Source: Candidatus Thorarchaeota archaeon (GTDB taxonomy: Archaea; Asgardarchaeota; Thorarchaeia; Thorarchaeales; Thorarchaeaceae). From it: a DNA stretch of 64,000 nt. Below the pieces are notes generated by a model, which worked only from the letters and a program-made list of their open reading frames with translations, made no database searches and was not told the origin of the DNA. The stretch spans positions 1-64,000 of the forward strand of contig JAGSHN010000032.1 in the NCBI GenBank assembly GCA_029855935.1. The letters are read 5' to 3'. Every line of letters begins with the position of its first letter. Position 1 is the first letter of the stretch. Shown here in pieces: positions 48,573 to 57,947 of the stretch. The position numbers and the translations under genes were made by a program.

Positions 48573-49598
48573 ATGGTAATGCCCACGATTAGAGAAACTC
48601 TTGCAGCGTGGTCGAGACAGATCTCTGAGAGATACGAGAGTCTGTCTATGCGGCTTCGACGTTTGAAGGACCCAGCACATGTCGACCTTGCTGGGCGAAT
48701 CGGCCTCTTCATCCCAGCGACAACGGCAATCCTCATCATAGTCTTGATTCTGACCTTCCTGTGGTATGAGTCGATGCCAATCCTCACCAGTGATGTGGGT
48801 GGCCCGGCCATCTTTCTCGAGCCGACTTGGGACCCCAACAGAGACCTCTTTGGCATCGGCGTCTTCATTGCCGGGTCGCTCGTCTGCACGGGAATTGCTC
48901 TCGGAGTCGCACTGCCTGTCGGAATCGGAGCCGCGATCTTCCTCAGCGAGTTCTGTCCGTCACATCTTAGGGACGTCCTTCGAATGATCATCGAGATGAT
49001 GGCAGCCGTGCCGTCAATCGTCTACGGTCTATGGGCCTACACGGTGATGGTGCCGTGGATTCGCGACTCGGTGTATCCTGCGGTGTCTTCGAATCCTCTG
49101 CTCGCGTGGGTGCCGTTCCTTCAGGGCCCGACGAACGGCTACAGCGCTCTGGCTGGGGGCCTCATCCTCGCCATAATGCTGCTTCCGACGGTTGTCAGTG
49201 TATCGGATGATGCGCTGAGGTCCGTGCCACGGTCGCTCAGGGAGGCCTCGCTGGCCCTTGGTGCCTCGGAGAGCGAGACAGCCTTGAAGGTCGTACTGAG
49301 GGCGGCGTTGCCGGGCGTGGGCGCAGCCATTGTTCTCTCGCTCGGACGCGCGGTCGGTGAGACAATGGCCGTGCTGATGGTGACGGGCAACTCGCTCACG
49401 ATTCCCTACTCGCTGTTTGACCCGTGCTATGTCATGACCAGCATAATCACGAATCAGCTGGGCTACGCCTTTGTCTTTCCGCTCTGGAGGTCCGCACTGT
49501 TCGCTGTCGCTCTGGTATTGATGCTGATGTCAATCTGTTTCACAGCGATAGCCAAGGTGCTGATCTGGAGAGGCACGCGGATAGGAGCAGTGGTCTGA
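48573..49598 (+). CDS. pstC: Phosphate ABC transporter permease
   Basis: AAVPSIVYGLW, LREASLALGA, GRAVGETMAV; ATG 48573 after GGAGG. Confidence 0.93.
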   Translation: MVMPTIRETLAAWSRQISERYESLSMRLRRLKDPAHVDLAGRIGLFIPATTAILIIVLILTFLWYESMPILTSDVGGPAIFLEPTWDPNRDLFGIGVFIAGSLVCTGIALGVALPVGIGAAIFLSEFCPSHLRDVLRMIIEMMAAVPSIVYGLWAYTVMVPWIRDSVYPAVSSNPLLAWVPFLQGPTNGYSALAGGLILAIMLLPTVVSVSDDALRSVPRSLREASLALGASESETALKVVLRAALPGVGAAIVLSLGRAVGETMAVLMVTGNSLTIPYSLFDPCYVMTSIITNQLGYAFVFPLWRSALFAVALVLMLMSICFTAIAKVLIWRGTRIGAVV

Positions 49599-49607
49599 GG
49601 TGATGGA

Positions 49608-50588
49608 GTGAACAGGACGGACGATGAACGGGAGAGAGAAGGGACGCAGGCAGGACGGCTCTGGACTGTTCTGTCAGAGGGCGGGACACGCCTTGTTGCG
49701 TTGGGCGGACGGGCACGAAGGCTGACACGCCGTGAGGTGAAGGACATAGTGTTCAAGTTGCTCGTGGCGCTGATGGTGCTGATCGTCGTGACACCTTTCT
49801 TCCTCCTTCTTGCGCGGCTGCTCTCTGTGGGCCTTCAGGACCTGGTGGGGTCGGGGCCCGGACAGGGCTGGGAACTGATAGCCACACTGCCTGGTGCTGC
49901 GCTCAGAGGCGGAGTACTCAATGCAATCGTCGGGACCACGGTTCTCGTCCTCGTTGCAACGGCAGTCGGAGTCCCCCTGAGCGTGATGGGTGCAGTGTAT
50001 ATCAATGAGTACTCCCGGCCGGGACGGGTTCGCACGGCAATCGAGTTCGGGGCCGACGTCCTCGCCGGGATCCCCTCAATAGTGTTCGGCGCCTTCGGAT
50101 TCACGTTCCTTGTGGCCTATCTCGGTCTCGGTCTGGGCGCTCTCACTGGTGGGTTGACGCTGGCCTTTATGATGATACCGACAGTGATGCGCACGACTCA
50201 GGAGGCGCTGAAGCAGGTGCCGTCTTCGCTGCGAGAGGCCTCTCTGGCTCTCGGTGCCACAAAGTGGGCGACCACTTGGCGGGTCACCGTCCGTGCTGCA
50301 CTGCCCGGGATAGTGACGGGAATTCTGCTTGCGGTAGGTCGTGTGATGGGCGAGACCGCTCCGCTGATCTTCACGACGGGCAACAATCTCGGGCTTCCGA
50401 CGGGCCTAGTGGGACCGGAGTCGTGGGTGGCATCGCTACCGTTCACAATCTGGTCGTACATTATGGACCCACGTCCGTATCTTCAGGTGCGTGCACACAG
50501 TGCTGCCCTTGTTCTTCTGATGATGGTCCTCATCGTGGACATCTTGGCCAACTACGCATCACGTCGCCTGACAAGGAGGATTGTCTGA
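49608..50588 (+). CDS. pstA: Phosphate ABC transporter permease
   Basis: LAGIPSIVFG, EASLALGATKW, GRVMGETAPL. Confidence 0.93.
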   Translation: MNRTDDEREREGTQAGRLWTVLSEGGTRLVALGGRARRLTRREVKDIVFKLLVALMVLIVVTPFFLLLARLLSVGLQDLVGSGPGQGWELIATLPGAALRGGVLNAIVGTTVLVLVATAVGVPLSVMGAVYINEYSRPGRVRTAIEFGADVLAGIPSIVFGAFGFTFLVAYLGLGLGALTGGLTLAFMMIPTVMRTTQEALKQVPSSLREASLALGATKWATTWRVTVRAALPGIVTGILLAVGRVMGETAPLIFTTGNNLGLPTGLVGPESWVASLPFTIWSYIMDPRPYLQVRAHSAALVLLMMVLIVDILANYASRRLTRRIV

Positions 50589-51347
50589 GTGTACGAATAC
50601 AGGATAGAGGTAAAGGACCTAAACACGTGGTTCGGCGAGAAGCATGTGCTGAAGAACATAACGTGCTACTTCGAGGACAACTCTGTGACGGCCATAATGG
50701 GTCCCTCTGGCTGCGGAAAGAGCACACTCCTCAGGAGCATAAACCGGCTCAACGATCTCATCCCTGGTTTCCGACTGACCGGGCAGATCTTCTTTGCAGG
50801 GAGCAACATCTACGACCCGGACAGAAACGTTTACGAGCTCCGAAAGAGAATAGGAATGGTCTTTCAGAGGCCGAACCCGTTCCCGATGTCCATAAGGGAG
50901 AATCTCACCTTCGGTCCTCGTCTGCACGGCATAAAGGATGAGGACGAGCTTGAGCGTATTGTTGAGGACTCGCTACGCAAGGCCGCACTATGGGATGAGG
51001 TCAGAGATCAGCTCGACAGTCCAGCGGTCCATCTCTCAGGTGGTCAGCAGCAGCGTCTGTGTATTGCAAGGGCCCTCTCTGTCGATCCACCAGTGCTGTT
51101 GATGGACGAGCCTGTCTCAGCGCTTGACCCCATTAGCGCGGGAAAGATAGAGGACCTCATCGTACAATTGAAGAAGGAATACACGATAATCCTAGTGACC
51201 CATAACGTTCAACAGGCGTTCAGGGTCTCGGACCAGGCGGCCTTTCTATATATGGGCGAACTTGTGGAGTTCGACAAGACAAAGCGAATTGCCGTCGCGC
51301 CTGAGGACCCACGGACAGAGGCCTTCATAACAGGCAGAATAGGATAG
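50589..51347 (+). CDS. pstB: Phosphate ABC transporter ATPase
   Basis: [45 protein letters not shown]. Confidence 0.96.
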   Translation: MYEYRIEVKDLNTWFGEKHVLKNITCYFEDNSVTAIMGPSGCGKSTLLRSINRLNDLIPGFRLTGQIFFAGSNIYDPDRNVYELRKRIGMVFQRPNPFPMSIRENLTFGPRLHGIKDEDELERIVEDSLRKAALWDEVRDQLDSPAVHLSGGQQQRLCIARALSVDPPVLLMDEPVSALDPISAGKIEDLIVQLKKEYTIILVTHNVQQAFRVSDQAAFLYMGELVEFDKTKRIAVAPEDPRTEAFITGRIG

Positions 51348-51357
51348 GTGGAGACAG

Positions 51358-52050
51358 GTGAGAACGCAACTGGAGTTCTATATGGAGGAGATAAAGAATC
51401 GTGTCGCAAGGATGTACGAGCTGGCGAGCCACGCCTTCATGATGTCTATAGAGGCCTTCAAGGAATTAGATGTGGAGATGGCTCGTGAGGTACAGCGGAC
51501 GTCCGACGAGATAGAGGAGTTGGGCATCAAGATTGAGGACAACGTGTTTGAGACCATCGTCCGCCGCCAGCCTGTCGCTCGGGATCTGCGTGCCCTGGGC
51601 AGCTACAACTTCGTCTCGTTGCATCTATACCGAGTCGGTCGCTACGCGTACAAAGTGGCCCACATAGTCAAGCTTGCAAGTCAGCACGAACTGTCACACT
51701 ACAAGAAACTCGAGTCGATTCCGTATATGGCAGGGCTTGCCAAGAAGACACTTGACATTGCTATGCACGCTCTCCTTGAGGGCGACCTCTCGCAGATTGA
51801 CGAGCTGGAGAAGCTCGAGGCGTCGTCAGACAAGGAGACCGTGGCAATGTTCGAGGAGATAGTGGAGTATCTGAAGAAGATGACCGGCATAACAACGATG
51901 TCCCTGTTCTACGTCATCGTCGGACGCTACTGCGAGCGTGCTGCAGACCACGCCTTCTCAATCGCTGAGAGGGCCATCTATGTTCACACTGGCAAGAGAA
52001 GAAAACTCGGCCTTGCGTACAAGGGCTCGGCTGACCGTGGCCCGCACTGA
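51358..52050 (+). CDS. phoU: Phosphate transport regulator PhoU
   Basis: RRQPVARDLR, ERAADH..SIAE; last gene of the pst operon. Confidence 0.9.
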   Translation: MRTQLEFYMEEIKNRVARMYELASHAFMMSIEAFKELDVEMAREVQRTSDEIEELGIKIEDNVFETIVRRQPVARDLRALGSYNFVSLHLYRVGRYAYKVAHIVKLASQHELSHYKKLESIPYMAGLAKKTLDIAMHALLEGDLSQIDELEKLEASSDKETVAMFEEIVEYLKKMTGITTMSLFYVIVGRYCERAADHAFSIAERAIYVHTGKRRKLGLAYKGSADRGPH

Positions 52051-52077
52051 GGAGAGGAGCGGGAACACGACTGACCT

Positions 52078-52599
52078 CTACACTGACCTCCCGGCTCTTA
52101 TAGCCTCGACCAGACTAGTGAATGCAAGGTCAACGTTGACGTTCTCGGTGGCGCTGGTCTGTATGAGTCGTGTCGCCTTCTGCTCAGCGATTCTCATGAC
52201 CTCCCGCGGGTCCACAACGGTGTCAAGGTCAATCTTGTTTTCGACCATCACCACAGGGACGTCTCCTGCAGCGGAGAACAGCGCATCCAGCCACTCGTCC
52301 ATGTGGTACAACGTCTCAGGGCGTGTACGGTCGAACACAAAGAACGCGCCAGATGCGTTCGAGCAATACTGTTCTCTCAGCTGCGCAAACGACTCCTCCC
52401 CGCCCAGATCCCAGATCACCAGCTTGTACACTGCTCCCTTGAGTCTGACAAGCTTGACGTGAAGAGTCGCACCGATGGTGCTGCCGATATCACCCGGGAG
52501 ACTGTCATAGACATACTGCTGAACAAGTGAAGTCTTCCCGACCCCCGTGTCACCAAGGAACACGAGCTTGTAGACAAAGTCGGGCTCGGGAGAAACCAA
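52078..52599 (-). CDS. Rab/Ras-like small GTPase
   Basis: GDTGVGKT, STIG, WDLGGE, NKID, TSAT; TTG start. Confidence 0.92.
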   Translation of the reverse strand: MVSPEPDFVYKLVFLGDTGVGKTSLVQQYVYDSLPGDIGSTIGATLHVKLVRLKGAVYKLVIWDLGGEESFAQLREQYCSNASGAFFVFDRTRPETLYHMDEWLDALFSAAGDVPVVMVENKIDLDTVVDPREVMRIAEQKATRLIQTSATENVNVDLAFTSLVEAIRAGRSV

Positions 52600-52671
52600 G
52601 ACGCACCACCGCGGCCAGGTGTACAGGCGTGAGGGATAAAACCTTCGTTCCTACTACGCAGACGCGCCTCT

Positions 52672-53205
52672 TCAGACCATGGTGAACTTCTCGCGTGCCT
52701 GAGTTAGTATCTGCCGGGAGAGCGTGAGGAAGGCCTCCTCTACGTTCATGTCTTCCTTCGCACTCGTTCTCACGTAGACGCAGTTGAACTTCTTTGCTAT
52801 CTCCTCTGCGTAGCCGGGCTTGATCTTTGAGTCCAGATCAATCTTGTTTTCCACGAGGACAAGGGGTATCGTTCCTGTGACCTCGTAGAGAACGCTTATC
52901 CACTGATGTATCCGGTCGAGAGTTTCAGGGCGGGTGGTGTCGAAGACAAAGAAGGCGCCCGCCGCGTTCTGGTAGTAGGCTCGTCGCAGCTGCTCAAAGT
53001 CCTTCTGTCCGCCTATGTCCCAGATCACCAGCTTGATGCGTACATCCTCGACATCGACAGTCTTTACGTGAATGTCGGTGCCTATTGTCGTGAGATACTC
53101 GCCCTCAAAGCTATTGTACACGTACCTTCCAACTAGGCTGGTCTTGCCTACGGCCGGTTCTCCAAGGAAGACTATCTTGAACAGGTAGTCAACAGGCGCG
53201 TGCAG
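52672..53205 (-). CDS. Rab/Ras-like small GTPase, probable CTG start
   Basis: Frame extends upstream of the called GTG to LHAPVDYLFKIVFLGEPAVGKTS (P-loop); TTIG, WDIGGQ, NKID, TSAK. Confidence 0.88.
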   Translation of the reverse strand: MHAPVDYLFKIVFLGEPAVGKTSLVGRYVYNSFEGEYLTTIGTDIHVKTVDVEDVRIKLVIWDIGGQKDFEQLRRAYYQNAAGAFFVFDTTRPETLDRIHQWISVLYEVTGTIPLVLVENKIDLDSKIKPGYAEEIAKKFNCVYVRTSAKEDMNVEEAFLTLSRQILTQAREKFTMV

Positions 53206-53414
53206 CTGAAATACTCTCCGGTGTCCGATGTTTCATCAGATGAGGGGGGCGAGAACAAGATAAAACTATCGAGCTTCTGGGAACTGTGCCCCGATGTTGA
53301 TCCGTCATCATGGCTCTTGTTCTCGCATATTCTTCTGCATACCACAATTCACGCCTCACAAGACCAAAAGTGACAAAAGCAGGCATAGATGCGCAGCAGT
53401 GGGTGTCCCATGGT

Positions 53415-54206
53415 ATGCGGATTGGAACCTTTGCGCGGAACAATGACCAAGTCGCAATGGCGATAGACAATGATGCTGACTTTGTAGAACTGCGAATGGA
53501 CCTTGAACACTCCATTGACTTTGAGGCCGCGAAACGACAGCTCTCTGACGCTGGCATTGGGATCACCCTTCACCTACCGAGCTGGCCCGACTGGCGCCCG
53601 ATTGAGGTGAGTCAGCTTGTGCTTCCGTACGTCGATCTCGGCAGACTGATGGATGCCGAGTTGGTGACCATTCACACGACTCTCTCAAGCATCTTTTATA
53701 CGGATGGGGAGATTGACGACTTTCTCAATGGCATCGGCCCCGTGTGTGAGGCTGCCGAGAGCTCCGGTGTGCAGCTGGCCATAGAGAATCTCGGGCTGCA
53801 GTACACAGAACTGGCCCTTCTGTTTGACCAGCAGCCCTGTATGAAGATGGTGCTGGATGTTGGTCACGCTCAGATCATGGCGCTGAGAAACCGTGCACTG
53901 GACCACGTGGAGTTCTTCTACGACCGTATTGCAATGGTCAATCTTCACGACAACAACGGTTCCAAGATGCTGGACGAGGTGATTGTCCTTCGCAGAGAGG
54001 GGCCTCTCTCCCGTCAGGAGATGAGAGAAGTCGCAAGACGGTACGACGAGCATCTCCCAATCGGTGAGGGGAGTGTGGATTTTGAGAGCGTTCTCTCTGC
54101 CCTGAAGAAGAGAGGCTACGATGGCAGATTCCTGATGATGTGCGCCGACCCGGCACGGTTCCCCGAGGAACGGGAGAAGTTCCTTGCTCTATGGCAGCAG
54201 GTCTGA
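53415..54206 (+). CDS. Sugar phosphate isomerase/epimerase (AP endonuclease 2 TIM barrel)
   Basis: VEL…TLHLP, TIH, AIEN, LDVGHA, LHDN, DEHLPIGEGSVDF. Confidence 0.85.
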   Translation: MRIGTFARNNDQVAMAIDNDADFVELRMDLEHSIDFEAAKRQLSDAGIGITLHLPSWPDWRPIEVSQLVLPYVDLGRLMDAELVTIHTTLSSIFYTDGEIDDFLNGIGPVCEAAESSGVQLAIENLGLQYTELALLFDQQPCMKMVLDVGHAQIMALRNRALDHVEFFYDRIAMVNLHDNNGSKMLDEVIVLRREGPLSRQEMREVARRYDEHLPIGEGSVDFESVLSALKKRGYDGRFLMMCADPARFPEEREKFLALWQQV

Positions 54207-54210
54207 CTCG

Positions 54211-55362
54211 TCACGCTTTCTGCAAGATCGAGTCTTTCAGACGTTCTACCTGTTCTATGCCCTTGCTATCTCCAGCGGCCTCGTAGAACGCCCGCGCAAT
54301 GGCCAGCATCTTCTGAGCCTCTCCGTTCTTTCCTTGTACGACAAAGAACCTCGCTCGTTTCAGCCGCGCCTCAGCCATCTCCGAATAGACGTGAGTGGGA
54401 TACTCAAAGAGGTCGGGCACGAACGTGGCGCCGCACCTCGGACAGGTGACCGGGGTCGCCTCTCCCACAGCCGCTCTCTCCTCTGCAACGGGCGGGGGGC
54501 CGGCGGTGGCAGGAGCGCTGGGCGGCGCCTCTGGGACGGCCGCCTCAGTCTGAGGTGCCGCAGTCCCTTCCGGTGGCTGCCCCTCGGATGGCATGACTGG
54601 GATCTCAGACTCGTCGACTTCGATCTTCTCGTAGAGAGAGGACCTGAACTCCGAGGGTACTGATGCCTCTGGAGGTGGTGCAGGAGGCGGCTCGACAGGT
54701 GGCCCCTCAGGATGAATTATCGCTGACATTGCTCCCAGTATCTTGACCTCGCTCTCCTCCGGTCGTTCCTCAAGACTCTCCTCTGGAGGTAGCTCGCCCT
54801 CGGCCTTCTCCTCTCTCCATTCGACGGCCTCAGGCGCGGTGGGCTCTGCGCTCGGAGCAGGAGCGGCCGCTGCAGGTGCTCGTGCGGGCTGCGCCTCTTC
54901 GGGCTCTGCACTCTCCTCAAGCAGCTCCTTCACCTCACTTGCCCTGAGCATCCTTGTCTCGACCACCCCAGTACCAGTCTCCTCAAGGCCGACCTCCTCA
55001 GCCTTCTTGAAGGCTTCTCTGGCCTTCTCAAGCTCCGACTTCACTCGCTTCCTTGTCCCCCGTCTGACGCGATCCCTTGCGACCTGTGACGGGCGGACCC
55101 ACTCCTCCTCTACCACAACTGCCTTCGGTCCTTGCTCTGCCTCTGTTTCCTGGGCAGCTGCTGCCGTTCCTGTCACAACCCTACCCGTCTCTGGGACCTC
55201 TACCTGCGGCTTCGCCAGGCGTGGTCTCCTCTTCGACACAGTCAGCTTGGCACCACATCTTATGCAGAACTTTCTCGTTGGCAGGTTCGCCTTTCCACAA
55301 TTGGGACAGACCTTCATTTGGCCACCCCACTTACTGACCGAGCTATACGCATCGTTGCTCAT
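54211..55362 (-). CDS. Zinc-ribbon protein with long Pro/Glu/Ala-rich linker and helical C-terminus
   Basis: CPNC…FC..CG at the N-terminus, CPRCG near the C-terminus, low-complexity middle. Confidence 0.78.
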   Translation of the reverse strand: MSNDAYSSVSKWGGQMKVCPNCGKANLPTRKFCIRCGAKLTVSKRRPRLAKPQVEVPETGRVVTGTAAAAQETEAEQGPKAVVVEEEWVRPSQVARDRVRRGTRKRVKSELEKAREAFKKAEEVGLEETGTGVVETRMLRASEVKELLEESAEPEEAQPARAPAAAAPAPSAEPTAPEAVEWREEKAEGELPPEESLEERPEESEVKILGAMSAIIHPEGPPVEPPPAPPPEASVPSEFRSSLYEKIEVDESEIPVMPSEGQPPEGTAAPQTEAAVPEAPPSAPATAGPPPVAEERAAVGEATPVTCPRCGATFVPDLFEYPTHVYSEMAEARLKRARFFVVQGKNGEAQKMLAIARAFYEAAGDSKGIEQVERLKDSILQKA

Positions 55363-55478
55363 ATAGCTTTGCCAAAGGAGCAGAAAGGACAGGCCTCGTC
55401 GGAGTGGGGCGCACTCCTCACTAGCCCCATATCGACGGGCATAAAGCGTTATATCCCCCCTCCTCTAGGGCTCAGGTC

Positions 55479-57923
55479 GTGAAAGTCTATAGCATCCCGG
55501 ACTGTGCATGGAGGATTAGGCTAGATGGACGGCCTGAGCGTGAGGGCTGCCCTAGGCGCTATCCCATCGGTCTGATGTTGCGAATGGCGCCTGTCCTGTT
55601 GAGAATTCGCAGGCAGAGGAAGGTGGCTGGGAGGGGTGCCGAGCCGCCGTCGATGTTCTCTGTGAGCGCAATCAACGACGGTCACAATCAGGGCGTACCC
55701 ATCGGTGGTCTTGGTGCTGGCAGTATCGGCAGAACATATCGCGGCGACTTTGCCAGATGGCACCTAAACGTCGGCGAGCACGTATATCACCCGTCTATCC
55801 CCAATCAGTTCCATCTCTTCATCCGACGCGACGGAGAGCGTCTTGCACGGACGCTCAATCCTCGTCCGTCGGCTCCCGTCCTCTCATCATGGGGGTGGGG
55901 TCTTGAGCCACATAGGGCCACGTATCACGCTCTATTCCCGCGAGCTTGGACTGTGTACGACTATGCTGACTGGGGTCTGCAGTTGACGTGTGAGCAGATC
56001 TCTCCCGTCATTGGTCACAACTATAGGGAGTCATCTTATCCTGTGGGAGTGTTTCACTGGTCCGTTCAGAACGTCGGTTCGCGTCCGCTGGACGTCTCTC
56101 TGATGCTCACGTGGGAGAATGCCATTGTGCCCACACGCAAGGCGCACCCCGGCGACTCTGTCTCAGGACACGTCTCTGAGCGTCAGGCGATGGTGGAGCT
56201 TCGACATGGCGAGGACGCGGATTGCTATCCCGTGTCCTTTGGGCTAGGGGTGGCATCGGACGATGCCTCTCTGCTCCTTCTGGAGAGCTTCGACACAGAG
56301 GGCGGCGGTGCGGGCGTGTGGTCCACATTCAGTGATAGGGGCATCGTGGACGAGAGGGCATCGGCGAATCCTGTGAGGTCAGGTCACCGCCACGGAGCTG
56401 CGTTGTGCTCTTGCACGAATCTGATGCCCGGAGAGTCGAAGGATATCACGTTCGCCGTCGCGTGGGACATCCCCATAATCAGGTTCGGTCGGAGGAGCTG
56501 GTATCGTCGCTACACGAGGTTCTTTGGGAGTTCTGGGGACAACGCTCTTCGTCTCACGGAGACAGCCCTTGGCGGCTGGCGCGAGTGGTCCCGACAGATT
56601 CACAAATGGCAGCAACCAGTTCTCGAGTCCGACCTGCCAGACTGGCTCAAGTGCGCCCTGTTCAATGAACTGTACTACCTCGTCGATGGTGGCACTGCGT
56701 GGACGGCCGGTCCGGTGGGGGCCAAGGATGATCGGGATGCTGGCACAGACCAATCCGCGAACGGGGCCGGGTCAGAACTGAGTGACGATATCGGTCACTT
56801 TGCGTATCTGGAGTGTTTTGACTATCCGTTCTACAACACGTACGACGTACACTTCTACGCGAGTTTTGCTCTTCTTTGGAACTGGCCATTACTGGATAAC
56901 TCCATTCACACCGACTTCGCCGATGCGGTTCTTGCCTCGGACGAGCGGGAGCGGATGCTTATTCTTCACAGGGGGACGGCTCCGAGGAAGCCCTACGGCT
57001 GCATACCTCACGACCTAGGGACTCCGCAAGAGGATCCTTGGGTGGCCACCAACGCGTACAACGCACAGGATGTGAGCCGCTGGAAGGACCTCAACACCAA
57101 GTTTGTGCTGCAGGTCTACAGGAACTACGTGATCACTGGAGATAGAGACTTTCTTGAGTACTGCTGGCCGAGCGTCAAGGTGGCAATGGAGTACGCCGAC
57201 CGCTTTGACACGGACGGTGACGGCCTCATCGAGAACGAGGGCTTTCCGGACCAGACCTACGACGTCTGGACGATGCAGGGCGTGAGTACGTACTGTGCCG
57301 GACTTTACCTTGCTGCGGCCGAGGCGATGGTCGCAATGGCCGGGATAATGAACGAGCCGGACGTTGCAGAGAAGTATCGTGAGGTGGTCAGCCGCGGTCG
57401 GAGAAGATTCACCGACTTGTTATGGACGGGTGAATACTTCAGGTTCGACTCGAGCGGCGGCCGTCATAGCGACAGCATTATGGCGGACATGCTCTCAGGC
57501 CTCCTGTATACGCACGTCTGCGGTCTCCCTCGGTACGTCGACGCGGAGAAGGCCCGCATGTCGCTGAGAACAATATTTGAGTTCAACGTGCTTCGTTTTG
57601 CGGATGGCGAGATGGGCGCGGTCAACGGTATGAGACCGAACGGCAAGGTGGACCGAAGCAGCCCGCAGTCAGCAGAGGTGTGGACTGGCACGACCTATGC
57701 CCTTGCGGCCCTGATGGCCTATGAGGGTCTACTGGAGGAGGCGGAGAAGACGGCCTACGGCATCTACAGAGTCACGTACCACTCACTCGGCTACTGGTTC
57801 AGGACACCTGAGGCGTGGCTCAGTGACGGCTCCTATCGCGCGTCGATGTATATGCGACCACTGGCCGTCTGGGCACTCGGGATGGCCCTCCTCCGCGATC
57901 GTGGTCACGAGGACGATGTCTGA
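55479..57923 (+). CDS. GH116 beta-glucosidase / non-lysosomal glucosylceramidase (GBA2-like)
   Basis: GVPIGGLGAGSIGR, LFNELY, YLEC.DY.FYNTYDVHFY, PHDLG, WKDLN.KF, DGDGLIEN..PDQTYD, EVWTG, FRTPEA, YMRPL. Confidence 0.93.
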   Translation: MKVYSIPDCAWRIRLDGRPEREGCPRRYPIGLMLRMAPVLLRIRRQRKVAGRGAEPPSMFSVSAINDGHNQGVPIGGLGAGSIGRTYRGDFARWHLNVGEHVYHPSIPNQFHLFIRRDGERLARTLNPRPSAPVLSSWGWGLEPHRATYHALFPRAWTVYDYADWGLQLTCEQISPVIGHNYRESSYPVGVFHWSVQNVGSRPLDVSLMLTWENAIVPTRKAHPGDSVSGHVSERQAMVELRHGEDADCYPVSFGLGVASDDASLLLLESFDTEGGGAGVWSTFSDRGIVDERASANPVRSGHRHGAALCSCTNLMPGESKDITFAVAWDIPIIRFGRRSWYRRYTRFFGSSGDNALRLTETALGGWREWSRQIHKWQQPVLESDLPDWLKCALFNELYYLVDGGTAWTAGPVGAKDDRDAGTDQSANGAGSELSDDIGHFAYLECFDYPFYNTYDVHFYASFALLWNWPLLDNSIHTDFADAVLASDERERMLILHRGTAPRKPYGCIPHDLGTPQEDPWVATNAYNAQDVSRWKDLNTKFVLQVYRNYVITGDRDFLEYCWPSVKVAMEYADRFDTDGDGLIENEGFPDQTYDVWTMQGVSTYCAGLYLAAAEAMVAMAGIMNEPDVAEKYREVVSRGRRRFTDLLWTGEYFRFDSSGGRHSDSIMADMLSGLLYTHVCGLPRYVDAEKARMSLRTIFEFNVLRFADGEMGAVNGMRPNGKVDRSSPQSAEVWTGTTYALAALMAYEGLLEEAEKTAYGIYRVTYHSLGYWFRTPEAWLSDGSYRASMYMRPLAVWALGMALLRDRGHEDDV

Positions 57924-57947
57924 TTGAACTATCGTGCTTGCCGATGG

